A stretch of DNA of 19,208 nucleotides, taken from assembly GCA_016840165.1 (NCBI GenBank), contig JAEOSU010000105.1:1-19208 (forward strand), read 5' to 3'. The notes beneath the pieces were generated by a model, which saw only the letters and a program-made list of their open reading frames with translations, did not search any database and was not told the origin of the DNA. The DNA comes from Promethearchaeota archaeon (GTDB taxonomy: Archaea > Asgardarchaeota > Lokiarchaeia > Sigyniarchaeales > SOKP01). Positions 17,893 through 19,208 of the stretch are shown here, in pieces (the stretch's first letter is position 1; the number at the start of each line of letters is the position of its first letter). The position numbers and the translations under genes were made by a program.

Positions 17893-18612
17893 ATGGGAAA
17901 ACGCATTTTAGCCCAAAGGAAAGGACAAGGTAATTTGTGGGCTCGCTCACCAAGTCATAGACATGTTGGAAAAGTAAAATATCGACCTTTCAAACAAGAC
18001 GAGGATGAACTCCGATTCAAAGTGATTGAATTCGTTCATTCACCTGGACGTGGCGCTCCCGTCGCAGATATTCGATACCAAGATGGAACACGAGGTTTAT
18101 GGTTACCTCCAGAAGGTGTTTTTGAGGGAGAATCGTTTATCCAAGCTAAAAAAGGTCCAATTGAAGTAGGAAATATATTACCGCTAAAAGAATTACCACT
18201 CGGAACCCTTGTGTTTAATATCGAAAGCACTCCGCAAGATGGTGGAAAATTTGCCCGCTCCTCTGGAGTAACAGCAATTGTCAGAAATAAATCAGGCAAT
18301 AAAGTCGAATTACTCTTTCGATCAAAGAAGACTAAATGGGTAAATGAAAATTGCCTTGGCACTATTGGCGTTGTCGCTGGTGGGGGTAGAACGGATAAGC
18401 CATTCTTGAAAGCAGGCAATAAGGCATTCTATATACAATCTAAAGCTAAGAAGTGGCCAGTGGTTCGCGGGGTTACTATGAACGCTTGCTCACATCCGTA
18501 CGGGGGTGGAGCCAAGCAATCTCCTCACAAATCTACTACAACTAGCAGAAATGCTCCTCCTGGTAGAAAAGTAGGACAAATTGCTGCAAGAAGAACTGGA
18601 TACAGTAATTAA
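17893..18612 (+). CDS. rpl2: 50S ribosomal protein uL2
   Basis: MGKRILAQRKG, HSPGRGAPVA, NIE..P.DGGKFARSSG, GVVAGGGR.DKPFLKAG, WPVVRGV.MN...HPYGGG, PPGRKVG.IAARRTG. ATG at 17893; the track start is GTG 17884. Confidence 0.97.
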   Translation: MGKRILAQRKGQGNLWARSPSHRHVGKVKYRPFKQDEDELRFKVIEFVHSPGRGAPVADIRYQDGTRGLWLPPEGVFEGESFIQAKKGPIEVGNILPLKELPLGTLVFNIESTPQDGGKFARSSGVTAIVRNKSGNKVELLFRSKKTKWVNENCLGTIGVVAGGGRTDKPFLKAGNKAFYIQSKAKKWPVVRGVTMNACSHPYGGGAKQSPHKSTTTSRNAPPGRKVGQIAARRTGYSN

Positions 18613-18627
18613 ATCCCTCTATCTTAA

Positions 18628-18642
18628 TTCTCTTTCTCTTTT
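18628..18642 (+). terminator. Pyrimidine/U-rich tract, candidate archaeal terminator of rpl2
   Basis: TTCTCTTTCTCTTTT beginning 16 nt after the stop codon. Confidence 0.4.
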
Positions 18643-18698
18643 CAACTTCAAGATTTACTAGTTAAATTCATTTTTGATGAAAATTTTTTCCAAATGTG

Positions 18699-19208
18699 AT
18701 GCACCCTTTTCAGCTATTAATTAAGCCAGTATCCTATAGGTGCAATTTAAGATGTTCCTATTGTTTTTATTTGAGAGTGAAGGATGTCTATCCTAAAATA
18801 CAACATCCTAAAATGAATGAAAAAATCTTAGAAACCATGATCTCTCAGTATTTAAGATATCGATTTCAAGAATCAATCTTCGGGTGGCAAGGAGGAGAGC
18901 CTACACTCGCAGGTTTAGACTTCTTTAAAAATGTTGTAGCTCTTCAACAAAAATATGGAAAGTCAGGGCAAGTTGTAGGAAATGCCCTTCAAACTAATGG
19001 CGTCTTGATCGATGATGAGTGGTGTCAATTTCTAAATGAATATAAATTTTTAGTAGGTTTAAGTTTAGACGGTCCAAAATCGATTCATGATAAATATCGA
19101 AAGACTGCTGGTGGTAAATCTGTCTGGGAAAAGGTTATGAATGCTGCCAATTTAATGCGAAAATATCAGGTAGAATATAATATCCTCTGCGTAATTAGTA
19201 AAGCGAAT
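18699..19208 (+). CDS. Anaerobic sulfatase-maturase-like radical SAM protein (runs off the window edge)
   Basis: Not in the ORF track. Manual translation: MHPFQLLIKPVSYRCNLRCSYCFYL (CxxxCxxC)...FGWQGGEPTLAGLDFF...NALQTNGVLIDDEWCQFL...FLVGLSLDGP..IHDKYR; open to the window end. Confidence 0.9.
   Translation, partial: MHPFQLLIKPVSYRCNLRCSYCFYLRVKDVYPKIQHPKMNEKILETMISQYLRYRFQESIFGWQGGEPTLAGLDFFKNVVALQQKYGKSGQVVGNALQTNGVLIDDEWCQFLNEYKFLVGLSLDGPKSIHDKYRKTAGGKSVWEKVMNAANLMRKYQVEYNILCVISKAN

Noticed and set aside
18036-18419. 127-aa antisense ORF
   Set aside because: Shadow of the highly conserved rpl2.
7373-18612. Additional introns in the other conserved genes
   Set aside because: All are uninterrupted ORFs of ordinary length with intact motifs. 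Short in-frame, stop-free introns cannot be excluded without alignments.
3558-19208. A SAM-themed gene cluster (mat, fibrillarin, elp3, radical SAM)
   Set aside because: The genes are dispersed, on different strands and interleaved with unrelated housekeeping genes.

Overview
AT-rich archaeal chromosomal window. The gene content and protein style suggest an Asgard archaeon, probably Lokiarchaeia-like; this is an inference. Most genes are housekeeping: partial hypB, archaeal SAM synthetase, two HTH regulators, RNase HII, fibrillarin and Nop5, pyrD-pyrK, elp3, gatE-gatD, a stand-alone rpl2, and a partial anaerobic sulfatase-maturase-type radical SAM gene. The main discovery is in rnhB. Its catalytic DEAGRGP motif is split by a 30-nt insertion (6689-6718) carrying two in-frame TAA stops. 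The insertion folds into a canonical bulge-helix-bulge (BHB) structure whose predicted cut sites exactly restore the protein, making it a candidate tRNA-type intron in an mRNA. The ORF track missed the first exon. A second notable locus (508-3418) is a cluster of Zn-finger proteins: an AN1-finger rhomboid pseudoprotease, an AN1-finger site-2 protease, an unannotated LITAF-like protein with no canonical start codon, and two tiny ORFs. It may be a membrane-protein quality-control module.
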